A stretch of 64,000 nucleotides of DNA from Kiritimatiellia bacterium. Lineage in GTDB: Bacteria; Verrucomicrobiota; Kiritimatiellia; RFP12; UBA1067. The stretch's first letter is position 1. Each line of letters starts with the position of its first letter. A program made the translations under genes and the position numbers. Of the stretch, positions 18,757-27,090 are shown one piece after another. The notes beneath the pieces are model-generated. The model was given only the letters and a program-made list of their open reading frames with translations, made no database searches and was not told where the DNA came from. Location: contig JAZSOG010000011.1 in the NCBI GenBank assembly GCA_045536845.1, forward strand, positions 34,172 through 98,171. The letters are read 5' to 3'.

Positions 18757-20541
18757 TTCCGCTCCTCCAAGATTACACAACGCCATTCCCCGTCGTCACG
18801 GAACGACACGGAGAACCCGCTTCGCATTCCGCGCTCGCGCATTCCCTCGAGTCCGAAATGCCCGGGACCGCCGGCGCTCGCCACAGGGTCGAAGGCACGG
18901 CCGTCGTTCTCGATCGACACGCGAAAACCGCCGTTTTCGCCCTTCCCGCAGGTGATACGCACGTTCGCCGCCTTGCCGTGGCGGACGGCGTTCGTGACGG
19001 CCTCCTGCACGACCGCCATTACATCGCCCTTCACCTCTGTCGCGATGCCGCCCGAAAGCGGCTCGAGGCGAGACTCCATTGCAACGGCGCGCGACGCGGA
19101 GATGCGGCGGGCGTAGAGAGCGAGTATCTCGTCGAGGCGCATCGTCAGTATCTCGTCGTTGCGGAGATTGTGGATCGCGTTGCTGACTTCGATGCGCGAA
19201 AGGTCGAGCATCTCGCAGGCGGCCGTAAGCGCCTCCTTCTGCTCGGGCGGCAGCGAAGACTCGACGGCGACGACGTTGCGCAGGAGAAGCTGGGTTCCCG
19301 CGATATACTGCGAAATGCTGTCGTGAAGTTCCGCGGCGATGCGGCGGCGCTCGTCTGCGACCGCGAGGTCCCTAATGCGCTTGCGACGGCGCTCGAGAAG
19401 GAGCCAGAAGAATGCGACAAGGAGCGGCACGGACGTGACGATCGCGGCTGTGCGGAAAAACGCCGTCGCCCCGGCGACCCATCTGTTCCACCCCGGAAGC
19501 AGGTGGATCAACTCGTCGCCTATCGCCTCAAGCACTGGGGCAAGCTCGATTCCCGACGAGCTGACATACGGCATCATCACGCCGTCAATGTATACCATCT
19601 CGCCTGCAAATTGTTGAATGGCCTCTTCGCTAAGGCCGTGGACGCGCAGGGGCCCCTCGTCCGTCTCGAGGACAAGCTCCGGCATCTTGTGTTCGAACGC
19701 CGCAATCATCTTGAGCTCGCCGACGATTCCCTCAAACCGCACACGGGTATTGGACTTCTTGCCGTCGACGACATCGCGAAGCCGCGTCAGTGGGGGCGGC
19801 GGAAGTTCCGCCTGACCGATCTTCGTGATGCGCGCGGCGGTGACGCCCTGACGCACGATGAGGGGGTCTACGTAGCCGATCACTTCGACAATGTCCCCGA
19901 CGCGCAGCCGATCGTAGCCGACGCGCACGGACTTCGGCACTTCGGGCATCGCGCCCGACATGTACATTCCGATCCCGTTGGGGTCGCGTTCGTCCACAAG
20001 GACCGCCGTGTCGTTGATGAAGGCGTGTGCAAACGCAACGACGCCGGTCACGACGCAGGGCGGCTTGAAGCGTATTGCGACGCGGTCTACCGACATGATC
20101 TCCGCGATGGTCGTCGGCCGCGGCTTGACCTTGAGCTCTACAAGGTCACCCGCCGTAGGAAGGAAGGAAGGAATCCTCGTCGACCGTTTCGACAACAAGC
20201 TCGTTCTCGCCAACGCGCATGAACGGCGTGATGTCGCAAATGTAGGGCGGGGACGACAAGGTACAGACGCTCTTGTCGTTCAGCACTACCTCGAACGAAC
20301 CGCCGGCGCCGGCGAAGTTGATGCCGTACCTCGTGCCGGGGCGGTTGTGCATTTCGAACTTCGCGGACATGGAATGCGCCGTGCCAGCCTCGGCTTCGGG
20401 GTCGCCCGAGGCGAACACAATCGGCCGTGCGTAACGGCTGTTTGGGTATTTCGGCTCTATCTCAAGCGGATCAGTCAGAGCCACCGCAAAAACGGTGGCC
20501 ACGGGAAAGAGCAATGCAAGAATCGCCGCGCCGAGCTTCAT
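18753..20541 (-). pseudogene. sensor histidine kinase (HisKA_3 + HATPase_c, NarX/DesK type) interrupted by a +1-unit frameshift at a (TTCC)4 tract
   Basis: The 5' ORF (20541..20146) supplies a signal/TM1 (MKLGAAILALLFPVATVFAVAL) and the start of a periplasmic domain. The 3' ORF (20213..18753, only a TTG start) supplies the rest of that domain, TM2, ERRRIAAELHDSISQ (HisKA_3) and the ATPase domain. The two frames overlap at the repeat. Removing 4 nt gives one 594-codon ORF (1786-4 = 1782 nt). Confidence 0.8.
20157..20173. repeat. tetranucleotide tract (GGAA)4 on plus = (TTCC)4 on the coding strand
   Basis: Plus strand gtAGGAAGGAAGGAAGGAAtcc read directly. It sits exactly in the overlap of the two kinase ORFs. 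Confidence 0.95.
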
Positions 20542-20547
20542 GTGGGT

Positions 20548-20556
20548 ATTTTACCA
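20548..20556 (-). promoter_or_regulatory. extended -10 TGGTAAAAT placed 6 nt upstream of the kinase ATG (leaderless-type promoter)
   Basis: Coding strand TTTAATATGGTAAAATACCCACATG. No Shine-Dalgarno sequence between the -10 box and the ATG. Confidence 0.45.
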
Positions 20557-20584
20557 TATTAAAGCGGCGAATTCACACAGAGAT

Positions 20585-21193
20585 TCAAATCACATTAAGC
20601 GAGCGTATGCAGGGTATGAGAGTGTTTGCGAGAACTTCGGAGTTCAGCTGGTGCCCGCCCGGGAAGGACTGTGCCATGCCGGGGTAGTGTTGCTCGAAGG
20701 CCTCCCTCGACTCCGGGCCGACGAGCGTGTCGGCGTCCCCGAATAGTCCGTGGCAGAGCATGCGGTCGTCGTCGTCGATGCCGTCGAACTGGCGCGATTC
20801 AAGCTCCTGGAAATGGGCAATCGTCTCCTTAGTGACGTGGAACTCAGTCTCGCCGTCCTTGCGCTTGTTTAGCCACTTGTGCTTGCCGACGTAGAGAATG
20901 TCGTACTTCTTGGATGTCCAGAACGACGGATTTACGCAGATGCGCGTAAAACCGTGGAGCATCTGTGCGTACATCCCGCCCATCGATGTGCCTATGACGA
21001 GATCTGGCATCTCGTCGTAGGCAAGCGCCTCGAGCGTCTTCTCGGCGACAAGCGGATCAAGCGGAATGTCCGGCGCTACCACGACTGCGCGATGCGCCGG
21101 TTCCGCCCGCTCCCAGAACCACTTCCGCAACAGCTCAACGGTCCCGCTCGCGCCCGACGACGCAAATCCATGTAAGTACAGTATCTTCTTCAT
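20585..21193 (-). CDS. alpha/beta-fold esterase, YqiA-like (UPF0227)
   Basis: MKKILYLHGFASSGASGTVELL... with nucleophile elbow GTSMGG. Start set at ATG 21193, since the upstream track extension is Arg-rich and overlaps a gene relic. Confidence 0.75.
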   Translation of the reverse strand: MKKILYLHGFASSGASGTVELLRKWFWERAEPAHRAVVVAPDIPLDPLVAEKTLEALAYDEMPDLVIGTSMGGMYAQMLHGFTRICVNPSFWTSKKYDILYVGKHKWLNKRKDGETEFHVTKETIAHFQELESRQFDGIDDDDRMLCHGLFGDADTLVGPESREAFEQHYPGMAQSFPGGHQLNSEVLANTLIPCIRSLNVI

Positions 21194-21276
21194 CTGCGGC
21201 GGCAGTAGTAGCGTATCCAGTCGATCTTCATTTCCATCGGGAACTTCGCGGCGGGAATCGCCTCGCAAAGATTCGC
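21190..21276 (-). pseudogene. 28-codon relic of a gene 3' end (..ANLCEAIPAAKFPMEMKIDWIRYYCRRR*), stop overlapping the esterase ATG (ATGA)
   Basis: Preceded by an in-frame TAA at 21277..21279. 42-nt core 21217..21258 is 40/42 identical to 24362..24403. Confidence 0.5.
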
Positions 21277-21305
21277 TTACCTGATTAACAACAAGGAACT
21301 GTTGA

Positions 21306-24263
21306 CTATCGGATTATAATTGCAAGGCCCATGCTCCCTACGCGGAACTTGAGGGCCGTTACTATAGGCGACTCGCCAGACGAGTCCGTTACAAGTTTAA
21401 ATTCGTATGGGCGATCGCCTTTTGTCAAATGGCCGTCTTTCTCGACAAGCACAACGCGGCTCGCAAGATTCTCCTCGGTAAGGTTTGTTATGCCCTTCTC
21501 CGCGGCAAGCAGCGAGACCCACGCGCAGTTCTTGCATTCCGTAGCGTCGACCGTGATCGGCGGCATTCCCGCTGCAAGGTGAATCTTGTTCGTCGCCGAA
21601 ACGATGTCCGCATTTTCAAAACCATTTTCAGGAACGACGAACTTCACGACCGCGTTCGTGAGGCAGTTGAGAGTTCCGAGCCGCATAGACGCCGTCGCGC
21701 CGGAAATAGTGAGGTAGTCGTTTCGGCGGTCATAGTCTCCGCCACCGACATTAAGCGTTCCGCCAACAGCCACAGAGCCACCGTCGACGTTCATACGTGT
21801 CGACCCGGACGTTCCGTATGACGAGGCCGTCATATTTACGCATCCCAGCGTGGCGTTGCCTGTTACGTCAAACAAGGCATTCTCTCCGGAAACGTCGATC
21901 TTGTACAAGCCCTTGAACTGCGTGTGCCGCGGAGAGACGAATCCCGCCGCCTTGAAGGTAGAGTTGGAGACGAGAAGCGTGCCGGCAGTCGTGCTATTGT
22001 CGCCATCGCAACCGAGATAGAATGCCGCGCCGGACGCATCGAAGGTCGAACCATTCAGGACATTCAGTGTGCCTTCGCCCTTGCCGCCCACACCCGTCGA
22101 ACTTGCCCAGTGCTGGCGGAAGCAGGCACCGTTCCTGATCGTCAGCGTACCCTGCTTGGCATTGTTGCCAACAGCCAGATTGGCCCTGTTGGTAACGGTC
22201 GACGAATCGACTATCATCGTGCCGGTGTAGGAGACCGTAAGCCCGTTGGTGATTGTAAGCACAGACCCCAATTTGACATTGACGCTGTTGTTCGCGCCTG
22301 AATCGTTCCCCGTGGCGGTCGAAAGCGATCCGTTGATTGTCATCTCGGTGCCGTTGATCTCAAACCTGTTCCAGCTCGTACGGGCACTCCATTCCGGAGC
22401 AACATTGCCGTTCACCGTTACGACGCCGCCTGTTGTCGCAAAGACGCCACTGTTGCAATTCATGATATTCTTGTCGCCAAAAGAAATGGAGCCAATTGTC
22501 ATCGAGGACGCGCCACGCAGGTCGACGGTAGCCTGTCCGTTCTTGACAGCGAGCGACTTTACGACGGCGTCCGTGTCTTCGAGGTAGAGCGACGCCATCG
22601 TGGTGACGTTGGAAATCGCCGCAGAAATGACGTCGTTCGGCGGCACGCCCAGCGACCAGTTCGCGCCGTCCGTCCAATCGCCGGACGCCGTTGTCTTGAG
22701 AAAGTCAAGCGCAACGGGCTTTACGCTACCGCTCGGCGTTTCGGTCGTATATGTGTTGTTGTTATACTCGAACGTCGAAACGAACTTGAAGAGATAGGTC
22801 TTGCCCCACGCAGCCGCGGAGTTGGTGGCGACAAGCGTATCTCCCGCCTGCACGTTCTGCCACGTTCCGATCGCAGTCATGTTCTCCGCCGTCTCGCCGC
22901 TCCAGCACGTGACCGTTGTTGCGCCGATGCCAGTCTCCACGACGCCAACGGACGCCCAGACGCCGCCTTCGGACGGCCGCCCGCCCGTCGTCACGTCCCC
23001 AAAGACGACGTCGCCCTTAGTCTTGAAAGAATCAACCGGACTCGTCGCTGAATCGACACCCGAAGCCGCGACCGTCCACTGGTAGTAATACGTCGTCATC
23101 GGATCAAGTCCCGAAAGCGTCGCCGTCACGGTGTCCGCCGCGCTGATCGCCGCAAGCGTGTTGGTGTGGGCAAGCGCATCCGCCGTCGTGCCCCAGGCGA
23201 CGGACGGCGTCGCGGACGCAACGCCATTGAGGACGATGGAGGCAGATAGGTCGGCAGAGGAATCCGCTATAGTGGAAACTTCCGACGAGAGAATGAGCAC
23301 CCCACTGGCAGACGGTTCCGTATAGATTGTGTTATTGCAAACCTCGGCAAGCGTTGTCGCAATCTTGAACTGGTCAATCGCCACCTCTTTATTGCCCGTC
23401 TGGTATTGCCCACCAAAGGCGATGTAGGAGACAGGCGTACCGCCACTGACGATATTCGCCTCGACGTTCTTGACATTCCAGTCCCAAGCCATGTTGTATG
23501 CCGTGGAAGCGATCGGCTGGGCGGCCATGTCCACTAGATCCTTACCGTTCGCCCCCATCCCGATCCTGACGCGGGCAACAAACATGAAAGTTGACCAAGT
23601 GCTAAGAGTGGAATCGGACGTGGTGTACGGGAGAACATAGTCCGTCGATCCAACGCGACCAAAGAGCGATATTGCCGAGCCGACTTTCTTATAGCCCATC
23701 CAGATGCCATCCGTAGTAAGACTTTGCATGGCGTCCGACCCTCCGCTGAAGGTGTTCTGCACAAGCCCGCCGGCCCAGTAGCCGCCAGACTGAAGGGCGC
23801 TAGTATAATCGGAAGCGTTTGCGTTAAGCTTCATGAGAAAGCGATAGTAGATCGTCCCGGTCGTGGGCAACGTGGCCGAGAACTTACGGTAGATGCCACG
23901 TCCTTTCGCCTCTTTGCCATCGTTTAGCATAATCACTTTGCCAGTGTCGTTCGTTTCTGTATTGTCATATGCGGCGTCAAGTGTTAGCGACCCAGCGGTC
24001 GATTTTGGGACGGCAGTGCCACCAGCCCAGAGATCGCTAGAAGAAAAACCTATATTCTTCCCAGTAGGATTAGCGTCTCTCAACATGGTTGCCGTGGCCA
24101 GGGTGTAGTCAGAGGCATGAAACCCCTCAGAGACTAGGACATCGGCACTTGCCGTGAACACAGCAAGAGTGCAAAGCAAGACTGCGGCAATAAGCGCAAA
24201 GAATGTCCTAAACACCCCGCCAATCGGGATCACAGCGTTTTTCATAACTAACCGAACCTCCAT
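21306..24263 (-). CDS. large secreted LamG-like / beta-helix surface protein, C-terminal tail ...GSMGLAIIIR
   Basis: 985 aa with a signal/anchor FFALIAAVLLCTLAVFTASA. N-terminal domain DVLVSEGFHASDY...TGTIYYRFLMKL is homologous to EVLVYEGF..SGSIYFRFLMQV of the 1795-aa protein. An alternative start at ATG 24245 (MKNAVIP) lies 11 nt after GGAGG. Confidence 0.8.
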   Translation of the reverse strand: MEVRLVMKNAVIPIGGVFRTFFALIAAVLLCTLAVFTASADVLVSEGFHASDYTLATATMLRDANPTGKNIGFSSSDLWAGGTAVPKSTAGSLTLDAAYDNTETNDTGKVIMLNDGKEAKGRGIYRKFSATLPTTGTIYYRFLMKLNANASDYTSALQSGGYWAGGLVQNTFSGGSDAMQSLTTDGIWMGYKKVGSAISLFGRVGSTDYVLPYTTSDSTLSTWSTFMFVARVRIGMGANGKDLVDMAAQPIASTAYNMAWDWNVKNVEANIVSGGTPVSYIAFGGQYQTGNKEVAIDQFKIATTLAEVCNNTIYTEPSASGVLILSSEVSTIADSSADLSASIVLNGVASATPSVAWGTTADALAHTNTLAAISAADTVTATLSGLDPMTTYYYQWTVAASGVDSATSPVDSFKTKGDVVFGDVTTGGRPSEGGVWASVGVVETGIGATTVTCWSGETAENMTAIGTWQNVQAGDTLVATNSAAAWGKTYLFKFVSTFEYNNNTYTTETPSGSVKPVALDFLKTTASGDWTDGANWSLGVPPNDVISAAISNVTTMASLYLEDTDAVVKSLAVKNGQATVDLRGASSMTIGSISFGDKNIMNCNSGVFATTGGVVTVNGNVAPEWSARTSWNRFEINGTEMTINGSLSTATGNDSGANNSVNVKLGSVLTITNGLTVSYTGTMIVDSSTVTNRANLAVGNNAKQGTLTIRNGACFRQHWASSTGVGGKGEGTLNVLNGSTFDASGAAFYLGCDGDNSTTAGTLLVSNSTFKAAGFVSPRHTQFKGLYKIDVSGENALFDVTGNATLGCVNMTASSYGTSGSTRMNVDGGSVAVGGTLNVGGGDYDRRNDYLTISGATASMRLGTLNCLTNAVVKFVVPENGFENADIVSATNKIHLAAGMPPITVDATECKNCAWVSLLAAEKGITNLTEENLASRVVLVEKDGHLTKGDRPYEFKLVTDSSGESPIVTALKFRVGSMGLAIIIR

Positions 24264-24281
24264 CTTTTAAGAGTTGGCAAT

Positions 24282-24310
24282 ATTGTACAAAAATCCATGC
24301 AAAACGGCAA
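24282..24310 (-). promoter_or_regulatory. sigma70-type promoter of the 985-aa gene: TTGCCG (24305..24310), 17 nt, TG-extended TACAAT (24282..24287)
   Basis: Coding strand TTGCCGTTTTGCATGGATTTTTGTACAAT read directly. Confidence 0.5.
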
Positions 24311-24340
24311 TACCTGAAGGCAAATAGAGACCATTTTGTG

Positions 24341-24490
24341 TCAGCGGCGATAGTACCTGACCCAGTCGATCTTCATCTCCATCGGGAACTTCGCGGCGGG
24401 GATGACCTTGCCGAGCAACTCGGTCGGCAGAGCGAGACCGAAATTCGTGCCGTAGACCTTCGGCATGCTTCCGTTCATATGCCCGCAGCC
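24341..24490 (-). pseudogene. gene relic (..MNGSMPKVYGTNFGLALPTELLGKVIPAAKFPMEMKIDWVRYYRR*)
   Basis: The 3' part repeats the relic at 21190..21276. Bases 24438..24486 are about 88% identical to 36422..36470 inside the 1341-aa gene (GSQPKVYGTNFGLSLP). No plausible start or SD, and shorter than any full-length homolog. Confidence 0.5.
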
Positions 24491-24524
24491 CGCGCTTAGC
24501 ACGGGAATGTAAATGAGGATGGCT

Positions 24525-25811
24525 TTAGGGCTTAAGGCAACCTATGGGACAGATCAGGGTCCCATCAGTGTCCTCATACGCATAATCCCCCTCTGCGACG
24601 ACTATCATCATAAAAGAAGGAGCGGGCATCTTTTTAGTGTCTATCTCGTTCGCGAGTTCATGGAGCCTCCGCTGCCCTTCTGCTATAAGCGCAGACCCGC
24701 CGATCTTGACTTCTATGAGTCCATATCTGCCGTTGCGAAGGTGCATCACGGCGTCGCACTCAAGTCCGCTCTTGTCACGATAATGGCTGATCTTTCCGTC
24801 ATTCGCGGCCGCGTATGTCCGTAGATCTCGCGCAACCATGGTCTCGAAGAACAGACCAAATGTCTTAAGGTCGTTCATCAGGTCGCCAGGCCCCAGCCCC
24901 AGAGAGGCTGTGGCGATGGATGGGTCGGTGAAATAGCGCGTATCGGTGGTGCGGACCGGGGTTTTGCACCTGAGATTGGGACACCATGCCGGCATGTCCT
25001 CGACTACAAATATCTTCTTCAGCGCCCCGATGTACGAGTAGATGGTGTTCTCGTGCGCACCTCCAGCGGCTGCATTTGGAGACAAATCGGCCTTTATAGC
25101 GCTGATAGCCGACTGCGTACCCTGAAGCCTGGCAAGGGATTTCATTATCCGAAGCGCAAGCTCTGAATCACGCAAAACGTCGTCTACTCTGGATATGTCC
25201 GTATTGATGATCGCGTCAACATAGTCGAATGCCTGACGAAGCGCCGCTCTTCCGGACTTGCATGTCGCCTTTGGCCAACCGCCTCGGCATGTCAGATACG
25301 CCACCTCCTCCAGTGTATGCGGCATCGCATCACCAAGCGACCTTTTGCCTGAAAACAACTCAGCAAACGAAACACTCCCAGAAGACTCCAGGCTTTCGAA
25401 CAATGACATAGGCCGCATCTTCACCCATGCAAAGCGCCCCGTCCCAGAATGGTGGATCTTCTTTTTCTCTTCATCGTCAAGAGGCACCGCGCTTCCTGTA
25501 AGAATATACTTGCCGTCTGCATCTGAATGATCAACATCAAACCGTATTGTATCCCAAAGTTCAGGTGCCGTCTGCCATTCGTCAATCAGACGCGGATTAT
25601 CTCCTTCTAGCAGACGCTGCGGATTCGTCTGCGCCGTCATGAAATACTGGTCGCGCAGCTTGGGATTGTTCAGGTATATTACGCTCTTTGCTATCTGCTC
25701 CGCAGTAGTCGTCTTTCCGCACCACTTTGCGCCCTCGATTAGAACGGCCCCCTTAGCATCTAAAGCGTCGCGCAAAATGCTGTCAAAAACCCTATTCTTG
25801 TAGTTTTTCAT
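24525..25811 (-). CDS. AAA ATPase, DUF4143-type (orphan ATP-binding protein)
   Basis: MKNYKNRVFDSILRDALDAKGAVLIEGAKWCGKTTTAEQ (Walker A) and ..ILTGSA.. The C-terminal EVKIGGSALIAEGQ restriction-endonuclease-like tail is typical of the family. Lower GC. Confidence 0.85.
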   Translation of the reverse strand: MKNYKNRVFDSILRDALDAKGAVLIEGAKWCGKTTTAEQIAKSVIYLNNPKLRDQYFMTAQTNPQRLLEGDNPRLIDEWQTAPELWDTIRFDVDHSDADGKYILTGSAVPLDDEEKKKIHHSGTGRFAWVKMRPMSLFESLESSGSVSFAELFSGKRSLGDAMPHTLEEVAYLTCRGGWPKATCKSGRAALRQAFDYVDAIINTDISRVDDVLRDSELALRIMKSLARLQGTQSAISAIKADLSPNAAAGGAHENTIYSYIGALKKIFVVEDMPAWCPNLRCKTPVRTTDTRYFTDPSIATASLGLGPGDLMNDLKTFGLFFETMVARDLRTYAAANDGKISHYRDKSGLECDAVMHLRNGRYGLIEVKIGGSALIAEGQRRLHELANEIDTKKMPAPSFMMIVVAEGDYAYEDTDGTLICPIGCLKP

Positions 25812-25817
25812 GCATAT

Positions 25818-25847
25818 ATTATATCAGTTTGAATAATAACATGTCAA
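25818..25847 (-). promoter_or_regulatory. near-consensus sigma70 promoter TTGACA (25842..25847), 18 nt, TGATATAAT (hexamer 25818..25823), only 6 nt upstream of the ATPase ATG
   Basis: Coding strand TTGACATGTTATTATTCAAACTGATATAATATATGCATG read directly. Confidence 0.65.
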
Positions 25848-25850
25848 CTG

Positions 25851-25891
25851 CGTTGTGACAGTTGGCGCGATTTCGTTGTGGCAGTTGGCGC
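25851..25891. repeat. two 18-nt direct repeats (17/18 identical, 23-nt period) just upstream of the ATPase -35 box
   Basis: CGTTGTGACAGTTGGCGC (25851..25868) and CGTTGTGGCAGTTGGCGC (25874..25891). Confidence 0.9.
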
Positions 25892-25949
25892 TAAGTTCAA
25901 AGTTCAAGGGTCCATCGGGGCGAGGTGCCGCCGCCAAGATGGCGGGCGG

Positions 25950-26011
25950 AGCGGGACGCTCCACCTCCTTGTGACAGTAGCAAAAACCCAAGGAGGCGCA
26001 GCGTCCCGCTG
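25950..26011 (-). terminator. long GC-rich hairpin downstream of the CE4 deacetylase gene (terminator-like, no clear T-run)
   Basis: AGCGGGACGCTCCACCTCCTTG / CAAGGAGGCGCAGCGTCCCGCT arms around an 18-nt loop, 20 nt after the stop at 26031. Confidence 0.45.
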
Positions 26012-26030
26012 CGCCCACGTTGGCAGGCCG

Positions 26031-27041
26031 TCAGCGGACGGCTATCGTGTCGCCGGTGTGCGCAAGGACTGCGTTCTGCGCATTCGGCGCCGCGGGCTTC
26101 CCGTTGATCGCAACCTTCTCGCCCGGCGCAAGGCGGAGCCAGATTTCGCCCGGCTCGCAGATGTCCTTCGGCTTTTCGGCGAAGACAAGGCGGTATTCGC
26201 CCGGCTTGTCCGCGACGGGCACGAGGCGCGTGTTCCGCGCGCGCGCCTTGTACGCGGCGTTGTTGCCGAACGTGTCGACGTGCAGGCGGTCGCGCCGTTC
26301 GGCTACGAGCCTCAGAAGCGACTCGTACACCTCTACGGACGGGATCGGATTCCATCCGTCGCCGCTGTCTCCCGTGCCGACGCCGTGGATCATGCAGCAG
26401 CTGACGTTGTTCGATACGACGATCTTCTCGTCGAGCTGTTTGCGGTATCCCTCCTCCGTGTCGGTGCGTCCCGTGGCGATGCGGAGGTTCTCGCGCGTGT
26501 AGATGCGCGCCGTCGAGATGATGCGCCCCGTCCAGTCGGGATAGGCGTTCCCGGCAAAGGCGTACGTGCGCACCTTCTGCCCCGTGTGCGACTCGAGCGC
26601 CTCGCGCGAAAGCTCGATCTCGCTCCACACCGTGGGCCAGTTCGGCTCGCGCATCGCGAAGAGCTCGGCGCGCGTCTTGCCCTTCATCATCTCCTTCGTG
26701 AGCCCGGCGGACTCGAGGTCGCGCATGTTCCGGTGGGTCTTGGTGTGCGAGGCCATCTCCATGCCCTTGCCGGCCATCTCCTTGACCTCGGCCCACGAGC
26801 AGTACTTCTTCGCGCGGCCCTCGCCGTCCTGCTCGACGCGGTCGGTGATGATGAAGAACGTCGCGGGCATGCCGTACTTCAGGTGCATCGGCAGCGCGGT
26901 CGTGTAGTGGGAATACGCCCCGTCGTCGTAAGTAAACGAGAACGCCGCCAGCTTGCCTTCGAGAACCGGCGATATCTCCACGCCGAACGCCGGCGTGGCA
27001 AGGATGAATGCAAGGATCGCAATGTGAAGAATTCGTTTCAC
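26031..27041 (-). CDS. polysaccharide deacetylase (CE4, NodB homology domain), secreted
   Basis: Signal peptide MKRILHIAILAFILATPAFG. FSFTYDDGAYSHYTTALPMHLKYGMPATFFIITDRV and MEMASHTKTHRNM are NodB motifs 1-3. Lies 49 nt downstream of the 1795-aa gene. Confidence 0.85.
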   Translation of the reverse strand: MKRILHIAILAFILATPAFGVEISPVLEGKLAAFSFTYDDGAYSHYTTALPMHLKYGMPATFFIITDRVEQDGEGRAKKYCSWAEVKEMAGKGMEMASHTKTHRNMRDLESAGLTKEMMKGKTRAELFAMREPNWPTVWSEIELSREALESHTGQKVRTYAFAGNAYPDWTGRIISTARIYTRENLRIATGRTDTEEGYRKQLDEKIVVSNNVSCCMIHGVGTGDSGDGWNPIPSVEVYESLLRLVAERRDRLHVDTFGNNAAYKARARNTRLVPVADKPGEYRLVFAEKPKDICEPGEIWLRLAPGEKVAINGKPAAPNAQNAVLAHTGDTIAVR

Positions 27042-27090
27042 GGCTGTCTAGTTCAAATGGCTGGATGGCTGGAATTGTCAAATGGTCTTG

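Noticed and set aside
18858-20222. 454-aa plus-strand ORF
   Set aside because: It is antisense to the histidine kinase and has an Arg-rich shadow composition.
20146-20541. Treating the 131-aa ORF as an independent small secreted protein gene
   Set aside because: It overlaps the kinase ORF by 68 nt exactly at the TTCC tract. The kinase ORF lacks its own ATG, SD and first transmembrane segment. A 4-nt deletion fuses them into a canonical two-TM sensor kinase.
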